A stretch of 64,000 nt of DNA, from positions 864,001-928,000 of the forward strand of contig CAVTLK010000001.1 in assembly GCA_963735595.1 (NCBI GenBank), read 5' to 3'. A program made the translations under genes and the position numbers. The first letter of the stretch is position 1; each line of letters opens with the position of its first letter. Shown here in pieces: positions 39,750 through 48,432 of this stretch. This DNA comes from an uncultured delta proteobacterium. GTDB taxonomy: Bacteria > Desulfobacterota > Zymogenia > Zymogenales > Zymogenaceae. The notes under the pieces are model-generated. The model searched no databases, had not been told where the DNA came from, and saw nothing but the letters and a program-made list of their open reading frames with translations.

Positions 39750-42044
39750 TTATCTAGTCACGATGGTGCCTTTGTAAACAGTGGCTCCACGGTTCTTCCA
39801 GTTTTCGATAAGCTTGCCGGTCTTCTCGGTCTCTTTAATTCTGACCTCATCTATTATAAGCTCTTGGCCCCGTCTTCGTGAATCGAAATCCAGATATAGA
39901 TCTATTGGATAAGCGGCAAAACTTAAGTCCTTGCGTGTAAAGGGAATTAGCTTAAAGGAATTACCAATCAGTGGTGGTGTTGTTCCTGATAGAGTACCAG
40001 AAACAAGATTCATAACGTTTACCCCGGGATCGTCCTTAAATGCTTTACCAAATCCATCTTCTTCGTGTTCATGACCTGATAACACTACATAGAAACTGTT
40101 TTCTTTCAGCTCATCTGTAAACCGGTCTTTCTCTCGAAGTAACGGTCCATGAACGACCATTATTTTTAGGAAATCGGTATTCGAATATTTCTTTATGTCT
40201 TCCTCCAAGTGCGCCCATATATTTTCAACTAGCGTTTCATGTCGTGTATGCTTGTAAACCTGGTTATTCCAATCGATTGTTTGTACTGTGTTTAGAGATA
40301 CGATTAATAACTTCATTTCGGGAATTTCGTGTATCGTATACTGCTTCTTTTTGTTAAAAAGATTTAAGGACAAAATCTCGTGTTCACCATAATGGTAGAA
40401 ATCGTAAACAAACTTCTCATAAGGAGAAAACCGATACTGTGATAATTCGCCACTAATCTCATCTTCTTTAACAACGTAAACTCTTTCTGCTTCCCCTTTA
40501 CCATCAATAAAAACCCTATTCGCCTTTAGTGCCTTAGTAAGATTCTCAGCCCCTTTTCCCGATTTTAAGTCTCTGAGCTGTACTGGATCTAGATACCTGG
40601 CTTTCGAAATAGTCCAGTTCATGTCATGATTACCCGGTGAAAATATTACTCTATTAAGGCTAATGTTGAAAGATTTCGCGATATCCAGTATATGTGTTTT
40701 TACTTGATTAAATTCAACTTCACTCGCTTTAGACGAGATATCCCCACTAATTACAAGTATATTTGGCTGTATTTCATGTTTGCGCATGAAATCGAGTAGA
40801 CCTCTTTTAAAATGAGCCAATATTTGTATTTGTACTTCGTCACCGAACTGTATATCTGACAAATGAAGAATTATTGGTTCCTTTTCCCCGATGAAAGGCG
40901 ATTCCTTAACTACGCCGGTCAGAGTTCCTGGTTTCGATAGAACTAACGATAGTACTTCGCTTTCACTAGACGGATATAGGTCCTTTAACATACTGATACA
41001 AACCGCGGTCGTATAGACCTTGTTGAAAGTTGAATATTCCCCGGATGCAGGTGGGTCGGATTTTAAATGTCCATTGCCTGAAGCTACGAAATTTGACTTT
41101 TGATTAATAATGAATTCAATTGCTGTATCGCCTCCACCTAAAATAGCTTTTCTCTGCAATTCCTCCAAGATTCGTTGTAGATCAGGATTTCTCTGAATAT
41201 ATTCGCATCTTGAATAGATATTAAGAGCATAGATATTATAAATGTTAGTAACGCTACTTTGCTCGTTCCAACAGAAATTTCCGTTTGGCATGGATATATG
41301 CGAATTAATATATTGTAAGCATTCGCGAATAAAGGTATCCGTATTTATCCCGAGAGACGAAAGCAAATCCTTATATTTATCATATAAAGTAGAGCTATAT
41401 AGTAGCGTTAAACAAAGCAACGCATATGATACTCTTGTTGATAGAGTATTGCGTAAGAACGATCTAGTTGCTTTTATAAAAAGCCCTAGCAAAACCGCTA
41501 TTTCTTCTTCACTAAGACCTATAGTATTTCTTGCTCTGAGCATATTGGAAAGAATGTGATAGGGTGCTTCGTGTTCAATAGACTTTAAGAATTTCTCAGA
41601 GTTCTTTTCGTCAACTACGTTATAAGCCTTTAATGCATCACTACTGTTACGAATATAAGTGTGAATATCGGCGATAACTTTCTGATAGAACGCTTCGATT
41701 TCAGCCGAATCAGGATCTCTCTGTTTTAAATCTAGCAGTACACCGAGAATTGGAAAAGACTTCTTCCTTGGCATCTTATCATAGTTCCGGCTTAGCCATT
41801 GTATCGGATACGCTAATAATACGGAGTTTAGAGAAAAATTGAAACTCACCAAAACCTCGATAACTTTTTGCGTAGTTGTCCAAATATCCTGTTCTTCTGA
41901 TCCGTGGAGGGTCCAATCATATTCGTTGCCCGTCAGTTCAGAACCTCCCCAAAGTCCGGGGTACACGCCTCTGCAATTTTGTTTTCTTAGTACCCAAACC
42001 AGGAAATCTGACACCAATAGGAGCGTCCTTTCTTTTGTAATCAT
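39750..42044 (-). CDS. large helical N-domain fused to calcineurin-like metallophosphoesterase
   Basis: LHLSDIQFG, ISGDI, PGNHD, VHGP, SGHEH; GAGGAG supports ATG 42044. Confidence 0.8.
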   Translation of the reverse strand: MITKERTLLLVSDFLVWVLRKQNCRGVYPGLWGGSELTGNEYDWTLHGSEEQDIWTTTQKVIEVLVSFNFSLNSVLLAYPIQWLSRNYDKMPRKKSFPILGVLLDLKQRDPDSAEIEAFYQKVIADIHTYIRNSSDALKAYNVVDEKNSEKFLKSIEHEAPYHILSNMLRARNTIGLSEEEIAVLLGLFIKATRSFLRNTLSTRVSYALLCLTLLYSSTLYDKYKDLLSSLGINTDTFIRECLQYINSHISMPNGNFCWNEQSSVTNIYNIYALNIYSRCEYIQRNPDLQRILEELQRKAILGGGDTAIEFIINQKSNFVASGNGHLKSDPPASGEYSTFNKVYTTAVCISMLKDLYPSSESEVLSLVLSKPGTLTGVVKESPFIGEKEPIILHLSDIQFGDEVQIQILAHFKRGLLDFMRKHEIQPNILVISGDISSKASEVEFNQVKTHILDIAKSFNISLNRVIFSPGNHDMNWTISKARYLDPVQLRDLKSGKGAENLTKALKANRVFIDGKGEAERVYVVKEDEISGELSQYRFSPYEKFVYDFYHYGEHEILSLNLFNKKKQYTIHEIPEMKLLIVSLNTVQTIDWNNQVYKHTRHETLVENIWAHLEEDIKKYSNTDFLKIMVVHGPLLREKDRFTDELKENSFYVVLSGHEHEEDGFGKAFKDDPGVNVMNLVSGTLSGTTPPLIGNSFKLIPFTRKDLSFAAYPIDLYLDFDSRRRGQELIIDEVRIKETEKTGKLIENWKNRGATVYKGTIVTR

Positions 42045-42156
42045 AAATATATTCTCCTCACTTTTACGAGCTAAATCGATTAGTAGTATTAGTGGCAAAA
42101 TACGTCGCGTCTTTTGTTGTCACCTTCTCACCCAATCCCCTCCCTCCAACCTATCC

Positions 42157-42462
42157 CTACCTAAACGTTTTCCCCGCCCGGAACCGCTTGTTCATCCGCC
42201 ATACCTCGTATATCATGACCACCGCCAGCGCGAGCAGCCCGATCTCATCGCCCCGGCCGAACCGTTCGCCGGCCAATGCTACGACGCAGCCGGCAAAGAC
42301 AATGAAGATCGCCAGCGCCACGAGCACCGCGTTGCGCGTCCGCGCTTTCACCGACCTCATCAGCAGCCGGAACAGCGCCACGGCGGCCACGATGATAATC
42401 GCGTACCGCAACACCATCCCCGCGTGCGACCCGAGCTCATACGGTGTCAAATCGTCTTCCAT
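42157..42462 (-). CDS. small membrane protein (about 3 TM)
   Basis: three hydrophobic segments, host-like GC. Confidence 0.65.
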   Translation of the reverse strand: MEDDLTPYELGSHAGMVLRYAIIIVAAVALFRLLMRSVKARTRNAVLVALAIFIVFAGCVVALAGERFGRGDEIGLLALAVVMIYEVWRMNKRFRAGKTFR

Positions 42463-42729
42463 CGTAAGGCCTGCGAGGGGATAAGTCTTTCGTTGCCGCT
42501 TCCCGGACAAACCGGGACCGAAAGAGGCTTATCCTCCGATTACTGCAATTATATTTGCTGCCTGGATACTGGATCTGCACGAGCACCCTCCACCCGCGAT
42601 CCGCAAGAAAACTTTAGAGATGATATTTGTTAAATAAGCATATATGGAATATTTTGTCAAGGGATATGAATTCTGCGGAGAATTGTAGGGATTTAAAAGA
42701 TTCGGTGGCCGAAAGGGGGCCTACTCGAT

Positions 42730-42923
42730 AGTCAGGGGATTGCCACGCCGCCCTTACGGGCGGCTCGCAATGACAATGATGATCGTCATTGCGAGGAGGG
42801 CGTAGCCCGACGAAGCAATCTCGTGTCCGGCAAACGGAACGGACGTACTAACCACGAACGTACAAAGACACGAAGGGGAAAAGAGAGAATGTTCTTTTCT
42901 TTGTGCCTTTGTGTCTTCGTGGT
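42730..42923. repeat. composite repeat: two family A halves plus family C hairpin
   Basis: 42730-42774 matches 43330-43374 (44/45); 42782-42825 identical to 49727-49770; 42851-42923 similar to 49796-49869. Confidence 0.88.
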
Positions 42924-42967
42924 GAAAAGAGCTTCCCTTCACCTTTCCCCTGCACGGGTTAAACAGA

Positions 42968-43129
42968 CTACCCCCGGCAATTACCGGCCCTTTGTTTTCC
43001 CTTACATTCTTCGCAGAGTTCCTCATCGGGCGGTTTCGTTTCCTGTTCATCGTACTTGCTTAACGGCCAGCCGGAGCAGTTTTTACACCAGTGCCAAAGG
43101 TCTTTGCCTTTTCCCCTGCGATAGGTCAT
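42968..43129 (-). CDS. 53-aa Cys/His putative zinc-finger protein (not in ORF track)
   Basis: manual translation MTYRRGKGKDLWHWCKNCSGWPLSKYDEQETKPPDEELCEECKGKQRAGNCRG; GAGG upstream. Confidence 0.75.
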   Translation of the reverse strand: MTYRRGKGKDLWHWCKNCSGWPLSKYDEQETKPPDEELCEECKGKQRAGNCRG

Positions 43130-43329
43130 GACATGCCTCGTTCAGAATAGATTCGTAAAGGAGTATCCGGGAAAGGGGTTACACCTCCGCCCGGCCCGTA
43201 TCGGTTGGGGTGTAGGACGCTTCCCTTTTCCCTTGACCCGACTATATTCAAAACCGTTACGCCGGTCAACTAAATAAATATACAGGTATTTTATGGAATC
43301 GGGCCGGTAACGTATCGTCCCTTGGTGAC

Positions 43330-43374
43330 AGTCAGGGGATTGCCACGCCGCCCTTTCGGGCGGCTCGCAATGAC
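43330..43374. repeat. family A half element
   Basis: AGTCAGGGGATTGCCACGCCGCCCTTTCGGGCGGCTCGCAATGAC. Confidence 0.88.
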
Positions 43375-43405
43375 GGTGGAAACGAGGTCGCAACGGCCCC
43401 CGCCC

Positions 43406-43771
43406 TTAATCCCAGTTCCCTATTTCCTCGAAGATAAGCGCCATCTTCTTGCACTTGGGGCACAGGAAATTGGTATCCGGGAGCTTAAAGAACTCGTCCT
43501 TATCGGCGATTCTCCAGACGAACAGGTAATCGTACCGTTTCTTTCCCGAAGCATCCTGGACGGAAGGGTCGTCGTAGAAGGTGACTTTCGCTTCGCATCC
43601 GGGGCAGCGGGCGGCGTCCCCGGCCATGTAGTTGCGCACGAGGAACTCGTTGCAGTGGAGGCAGATCGCCGGCGCGTTGCACGTCTCCATGAAGTTCACG
43701 AACCCGGCGCCGACGTAGATATCGCCCGTGTCAAAACCGCACTTACACAGGCCGCGCAATATGCTTCCCAT
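43406..43771 (-). CDS. Cys-rich zinc-ribbon protein, copy 1
   Basis: CKCG, CLHC, CPGC, CPKC, terminal WD. Confidence 0.8.
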   Translation of the reverse strand: MGSILRGLCKCGFDTGDIYVGAGFVNFMETCNAPAICLHCNEFLVRNYMAGDAARCPGCEAKVTFYDDPSVQDASGKKRYDYLFVWRIADKDEFFKLPDTNFLCPKCKKMALIFEEIGNWD

Positions 43772-43948
43772 ACGTACCCGTTCAAGGGGGAAAGTGAAAC
43801 GGAGGCAGTGGTCCGCCGGACCCGTTGTCTTCGCCCGCCCGGCGAAACCGCGGGGAACCGCGCCCGCTGCCGCGATGTCTTAGTATAGTGGAGATCGGCC
43901 CATTAAGCAAATACTAAAAACTTCCATACGGTTTTCGCCTGGTCTTAC

Positions 43949-44032
43949 GAATTAAGGGGACACCATACTTAATTCATTATACTCCTCGCATAAACAAAGA
44001 AACCGGAATTAAGTATGGTATCCCCTTAATTC
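43949..44032. repeat. family B element, copy 2
   Basis: 27-bp arms 43949-43975 and 44006-44032, one mismatch. Confidence 0.88.
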
Positions 44033-44150
44033 CGGCAGTGACGCATTCGGGGCAGCAGTGATACAAAAAAAGGGCGGCTTAAGGGCCGCCCCGGCGGGTT
44101 CGAACACGGACCGTCCTTACAGGCGGCAGGGGCCCGGACGCGTCCGTTGC

Positions 44151-44873
44151 TCAATCCGTCGTCATCAGGTCGAGCGTATCGACGTAGGGCTTATTCTGGG
44201 TGTCGATGACCTCGATGACCGCCCGGTTCATCCGCCGCTTCATCTCGGCAAAGATCGGCCGGTTCTTTTGGAAGGTCCGCGCAAAGGCGACGGCCTCGGC
44301 CATCAGCGTCTCCGCGTTTTCGGTGACTTTCACGAAGATGTGGTCTGCCTCGAGGTCACGCGCTGTGTAGCGCCTGCCGGTCAAAAACATCTCGTCCAGC
44401 CGGTAGAGGGGGATCGCCTTCTTGCAGATGGCCATCAGGCCCGGGAGAAGCGGGATATTGATATCCACCTCGGGGTAGAAGAAATAGCCCCGGTCCCCGC
44501 GCATGAACCGGAAGTCGCAGGCGCAGGCGAGGTTGGCGCCGTTTGCCGCCGCGTGCCCGTTGATCGCCGCGATCACCGGCATCGGGAAGGTAAGGATCCG
44601 CTTGAATACGCCGTCCATGGCGTAGAGGAAGGACCGGGCGGCGTCCTGCTCGTTTTTCGAGACCCTCTCCATCATCCAGGCGACGTCAAATCCCTGGGAC
44701 CAGTTCTTCGGGTCGCTGCTGGTAATGACGATGGCCTTGACGCCCGGGTCTTTCTCGATATCGTCGAGCACGCCGTTTATGGCGTCCACGAAGGCGGCGT
44801 TCTGCCGGTTTTCCCCGTTGTTCATGACGACGATCGCCACGCTCTCGTCTTTCTTCCATTCGATTATCGACAT
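44151..44873 (-). CDS. enoyl-CoA hydratase/isomerase family
   Basis: SQGFD, PVIAAINGHAAANG, ACDFR, PEV. Confidence 0.9.
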   Translation of the reverse strand: MSIIEWKKDESVAIVVMNNGENRQNAAFVDAINGVLDDIEKDPGVKAIVITSSDPKNWSQGFDVAWMMERVSKNEQDAARSFLYAMDGVFKRILTFPMPVIAAINGHAAANGANLACACDFRFMRGDRGYFFYPEVDINIPLLPGLMAICKKAIPLYRLDEMFLTGRRYTARDLEADHIFVKVTENAETLMAEAVAFARTFQKNRPIFAEMKRRMNRAVIEVIDTQNKPYVDTLDLMTTD

Positions 44874-45418
44874 GGTACGCTCCTGTATTTTGTCGTCGAT
44901 GCCTTTTTTAGCCAGGCGTATTCGCGGGACTGTTTCCCCGAAACAGGCGGAGGCCCGGGTCCCACGATTGACAGACCACAGGCCCTTCCACCGGTCGGCC
45001 CATTATTATTGCAAACGGGGCTTTTTGTCAAGCGAGAGCCGTTCCGCTGCGTCGTGTCGGGAGTCTTGAGGGGCGGTGTTTAAACGATTTGGTGAGGAAT
45101 AACTGAATAGAATTCCGCCCATTATTTTGCACCCCGCATAATAATCATCACTATACGGGTCTATTTAACCCACCATGCGGCCGCGTTCCTTGAGAGTAAC
45201 CGGGCACGGAAATCATTGAAACCAAAAAAGTACCTGTTATCAATATATTAAACGGTGGTGACGCCGCCGGTGACTACAAGAAATAATGGGCGGCGGGTTC
45301 TACTATGGCATGATTATTGCTTTATAGTAGTTCACGGAGATACTCCATTATTGCTGAAGTAAGGACAACGAATCGGTCAACAGTTAAAGATTCCGACACC
45401 CTGAAGGGGGGTAGACAT

Positions 45419-45697
45419 ATGCCAAAGACATTCTGCTACGTAGTGTATCCCGACCAGATGGACGAGAACGGGTTTATTCCCTCGGTCATATATTCCGGTC
45501 TTACGATACAGCACCCACTTATGGGAAAGGGACTGCGCGCCGCCCCCCATTATTGGGGCAAGACATGGGAAGAGGCCCAAAGGATATGCCGGGAAAGAAA
45601 TGAGGGGCTTGGGCTGACAAAGGAAGACGTCGCAGACATTATAGCGTCGTCTGAGAAAGCGCGTGAGAAGAGACCGAAATCGAAGATCGACCGCTAA
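45419..45697 (+). CDS. hypothetical protein, 92 aa
   Basis: ATG after G-rich RBS-like run; no family recognised. Confidence 0.6.
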   Translation: MPKTFCYVVYPDQMDENGFIPSVIYSGLTIQHPLMGKGLRAAPHYWGKTWEEAQRICRERNEGLGLTKEDVADIIASSEKAREKRPKSKIDR

Positions 45698-45836
45698 CAA
45701 ACCGGGGAGTTCCATTCGCTTTGTAAGTTATTCGTTGACCATTACCCTATAGTTTATATATGCTCAGCGGCTAAATATTTCCCTCCCGACGTACCGGGAG
45801 CCGTAAAATAACCATTACTCAAGCGGGTCGGTCGTT

Positions 45837-46205
45837 ATGGGAAACATATTAAGGGGCCTCTGCCAGTGCGGTTTCGATACAACCGAAATCTTCGTCGGCG
45901 GCGGTTTTACGAATTTCATGGACACGTGTAACGCTCCGGCGATTTGCCTGCACTGTAATGAACTCCTGGTAAGGAATTACGTGGATCGGAATACCGCGCG
46001 ATGCCCCAGGTGCCGCAATACGGTAACCTTTTATGACGACCCCTCAGTCGAAGGTCCCTGGACGGAAACCGGGGAATACGACTACCTCGTTGCGTTGAGA
46101 ATCGCCGATACGGGCAAATTCTTCAAACTGGCGGACACCGAGCACCTTTGCCCGAAGTGTAAAAACATGACGCTTATATTTGAAGATAAAGGGCGCTGGG
46201 ATTAG
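45837..46205 (+). CDS. Cys-rich zinc-ribbon protein, copy 2
   Basis: colinear with 43406-43771; shares TCNAPAICLHCNE, VTFYDDPSV, LCPKCK. Confidence 0.8.
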   Translation: MGNILRGLCQCGFDTTEIFVGGGFTNFMDTCNAPAICLHCNELLVRNYVDRNTARCPRCRNTVTFYDDPSVEGPWTETGEYDYLVALRIADTGKFFKLADTEHLCPKCKNMTLIFEDKGRWD

Positions 46206-46372
46206 TGAAAAGATCACGTGGGGTCGGCGGGCGCGCCCCGGGCACCACGAGACGGCGGCTCGACTCGACGGTTTGTCGAGGGCCTAAAGCGGCCGGCACA
46301 ATAAAACGGGGGGGAACAATCATTCCCCCCCGATAGGTATACGCCTCGACGCGCGGTCCCTGCCGCGTGTCC

Positions 46373-46891
46373 CTATTTCGGTATCGGCGTGAAGGTCCAG
46401 TCCATATCCTTGACCTGCGCGTGACAGGCGATACACCCCTCGCCCTTTTCCGTAAACATCGTCTTTACCGCCTCGCCTTCGAGATCGGAAACACCCATCC
46501 CGTCGTACTTCGCCCAGTACCAGTCGCCGCCCTCCGGATAGTACCCCGCAACCTTGTACATGATGGTATAGGCCCCAAGGGCCTTGTCGGGACCGTAGTT
46601 CTTCTTGACGATCAACGACCCGTCGTCAAACGTCGCGTTCTTGGCCTCGATGGATTTCATGGCGACGTCGTTGACCAGGATCGTTACAAAGGCCCCGTGC
46701 GGAGATTTTCCCGGCGTCATCTCGGTCGACCCCGGGAAGATCGCGTAGGTCGACATGCCCTCGGTCATCATGGCGTAAACGTCTGCGGCGTTGACCGTGA
46801 CCGGCGCCATTTCCTCGGCCGGTTTCTGGGAGCAGGCAAAGACGAGACCTGCAATGGCAATGGCAATTACGAGAATAGATAATCGACGCAT
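46373..46891 (-). CDS. cytochrome P460-family lipoprotein
   Basis: VFAC lipobox, SPHG, IVKKNY, MYK, GGDWYWA, C-terminal CIACH. Confidence 0.8.
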   Translation of the reverse strand: MRRLSILVIAIAIAGLVFACSQKPAEEMAPVTVNAADVYAMMTEGMSTYAIFPGSTEMTPGKSPHGAFVTILVNDVAMKSIEAKNATFDDGSLIVKKNYGPDKALGAYTIMYKVAGYYPEGGDWYWAKYDGMGVSDLEGEAVKTMFTEKGEGCIACHAQVKDMDWTFTPIPK

Positions 46892-47126
46892 CGCATCCTC
46901 CTTCTTAAAACCTTTTTACCATGAAAACAGGGGTCTCGGGAATGGAGCTATGACGGTCGAGAGGAGATTTCGGTGACCCGGTTGAACACCGTCATCACAA
47001 AACGCTCAAATACTATACCATATGAACGGAAAGAAGTAAACAGGAAGAACGGGCGGCTCGCGACGCGTCCCTGCAGAAAAGACGGACATCACATACGGCG
47101 TCCCGACGAATCTAATACGAATCGTC

Positions 47127-47390
47127 CTACGGCCTTCTTTTCCATTTGCGGATCCCCATGATCCCTTGCGCGATAAAGTTGGCACCGGCAAACAGGAACA
47201 GTGCGGTGCCCAGTATCGCCGGCAACAGGTCGTTGTTCTTCCAGACGAGATACGACGACGCCAACAGCGCCGCTCCGAGGCACATGAAGAAGACGGTGAG
47301 GAATTTCCTCAGCAGTCCCATAGCAAGCCGGTAGTTCCGGTTTCTACCCCGCGGCGGTTCGGGGGTCATGGCGGGAAAATCCGGCATCAT
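47127..47390 (-). CDS. small 2-TM protein, paralog A
   Basis: 87 aa; SYLVW.NND, G.ALFL shared with next gene. Confidence 0.7.
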   Translation of the reverse strand: MMPDFPAMTPEPPRGRNRNYRLAMGLLRKFLTVFFMCLGAALLASSYLVWKNNDLLPAILGTALFLFAGANFIAQGIMGIRKWKRRP

Positions 47391-47569
47391 CTGACTCCGT
47401 CGGCGTTAAAGAGAAAACCGGCGGCATGAATGCCGCCCCTGCGGATTCCAACACGGTACGACGCATTGACAACCCGCAGCGACCCAGGCGCGCCGTGTCC
47501 GAGATTGCCTCGTCGCGTTGCTCCCCGCAATGACGGGTTGTTATTGAGCGGTTGTCACCCGGCCGTAAC

Positions 47570-47833
47570 CTACGTCCCTCTTCTCCATTTCGTTAGCGAC
47601 TTTACACCCATGGTGATGAAGCCGGCCCCGCCGACGAGAAACAGCGCCGAGCCCGCCATCTTCTCAACCACGTCGTTATTCTCCCAGACAAGATACGATA
47701 ACAGCACCAGAGCGGTGCCGACGCAAAAGTATACGACGGCGACAGATATCCCCCATATCTTCTGAAGCAACGGATACCTTCGGTTCCGGCTCGGTGGCGG
47801 TCCGGGGGTCATATCGGGAGAGTCCTGCATCAT
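47570..47833 (-). CDS. small 2-TM protein, paralog B
   Basis: 87 aa, colinear with paralog A; GGAGG upstream. Confidence 0.7.
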   Translation of the reverse strand: MMQDSPDMTPGPPPSRNRRYPLLQKIWGISVAVVYFCVGTALVLLSYLVWENNDVVEKMAGSALFLVGGAGFITMGVKSLTKWRRGT

Positions 47834-47881
47834 CTGCCTCCATCGGAGCTTGAAGGAAGTTTTACCGCCGCGGCGCGTCGG

Positions 47882-48334
47882 TTAATCGCCCCATCTCGCG
47901 AAAACGATTCCGTCCAGCGCGTCCCACCGGTCGTATTCCAGGAGCCACCGCCCGCCGTCGGTTACACCGTTAAGATCGTCGAGCACGAGCGTCACGGCCT
48001 TCGTATTTCCGTCCAGGTCGGTTATCCCGGCATCCCGAAAGAATCCTCCCGGAAAGCGGCTGCCCGCCGTGCGGGACCTGCCCGAGAATTCCACGTCACG
48101 GACGTCACGAAAGGAAATCCTGTTTCCGTCTGTGTCGCAGAAAAAGGTGCCCGGCGCCGCGCCACAATATCCCCGGCCCCCGAGGGAGAAGTTATTCACA
48201 TAGAGGACGTCTCCCCCGCTCGTATGGATTTCAGCGGTATACCCCGTATCTTCCGAAAGGCACGGGAACGGCCCCGCGAGAAACGCCGTCAGAAAAAGAA
48301 TGGAGCAGAAAAACAGCGCCTTCCCGAGTTTCAT
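47882..48334 (-). CDS. exported hypothetical protein
   Basis: signal-peptide-like start MKLGKALFF; GGAG upstream. Confidence 0.6.
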   Translation of the reverse strand: MKLGKALFFCSILFLTAFLAGPFPCLSEDTGYTAEIHTSGGDVLYVNNFSLGGRGYCGAAPGTFFCDTDGNRISFRDVRDVEFSGRSRTAGSRFPGGFFRDAGITDLDGNTKAVTLVLDDLNGVTDGGRWLLEYDRWDALDGIVFARWGD

Positions 48335-48432
48335 CGTGTTTTCTCCGTCCTTCGCAAAGCGGTCCGCCCCCGCCGGTTCAAACACGAAACGGGTTTATGG
48401 TACATGGAGAGAACGCCTGCCGCGTCCGGACC

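Larger units (their letters stand above)
37380..42110. mobile_element. AT-rich island 1 (three minus-strand genes, no integrase); ends approximate
   Basis: abrupt shift from GC-rich to AT-rich sequence and codons at both ends. Confidence 0.75.

Noticed and set aside
37330..42150. Imperfect terminal inverted repeats of island 1
   Set aside because: Only about two-thirds match in low-complexity purine-rich sequence; no target-site duplication seen
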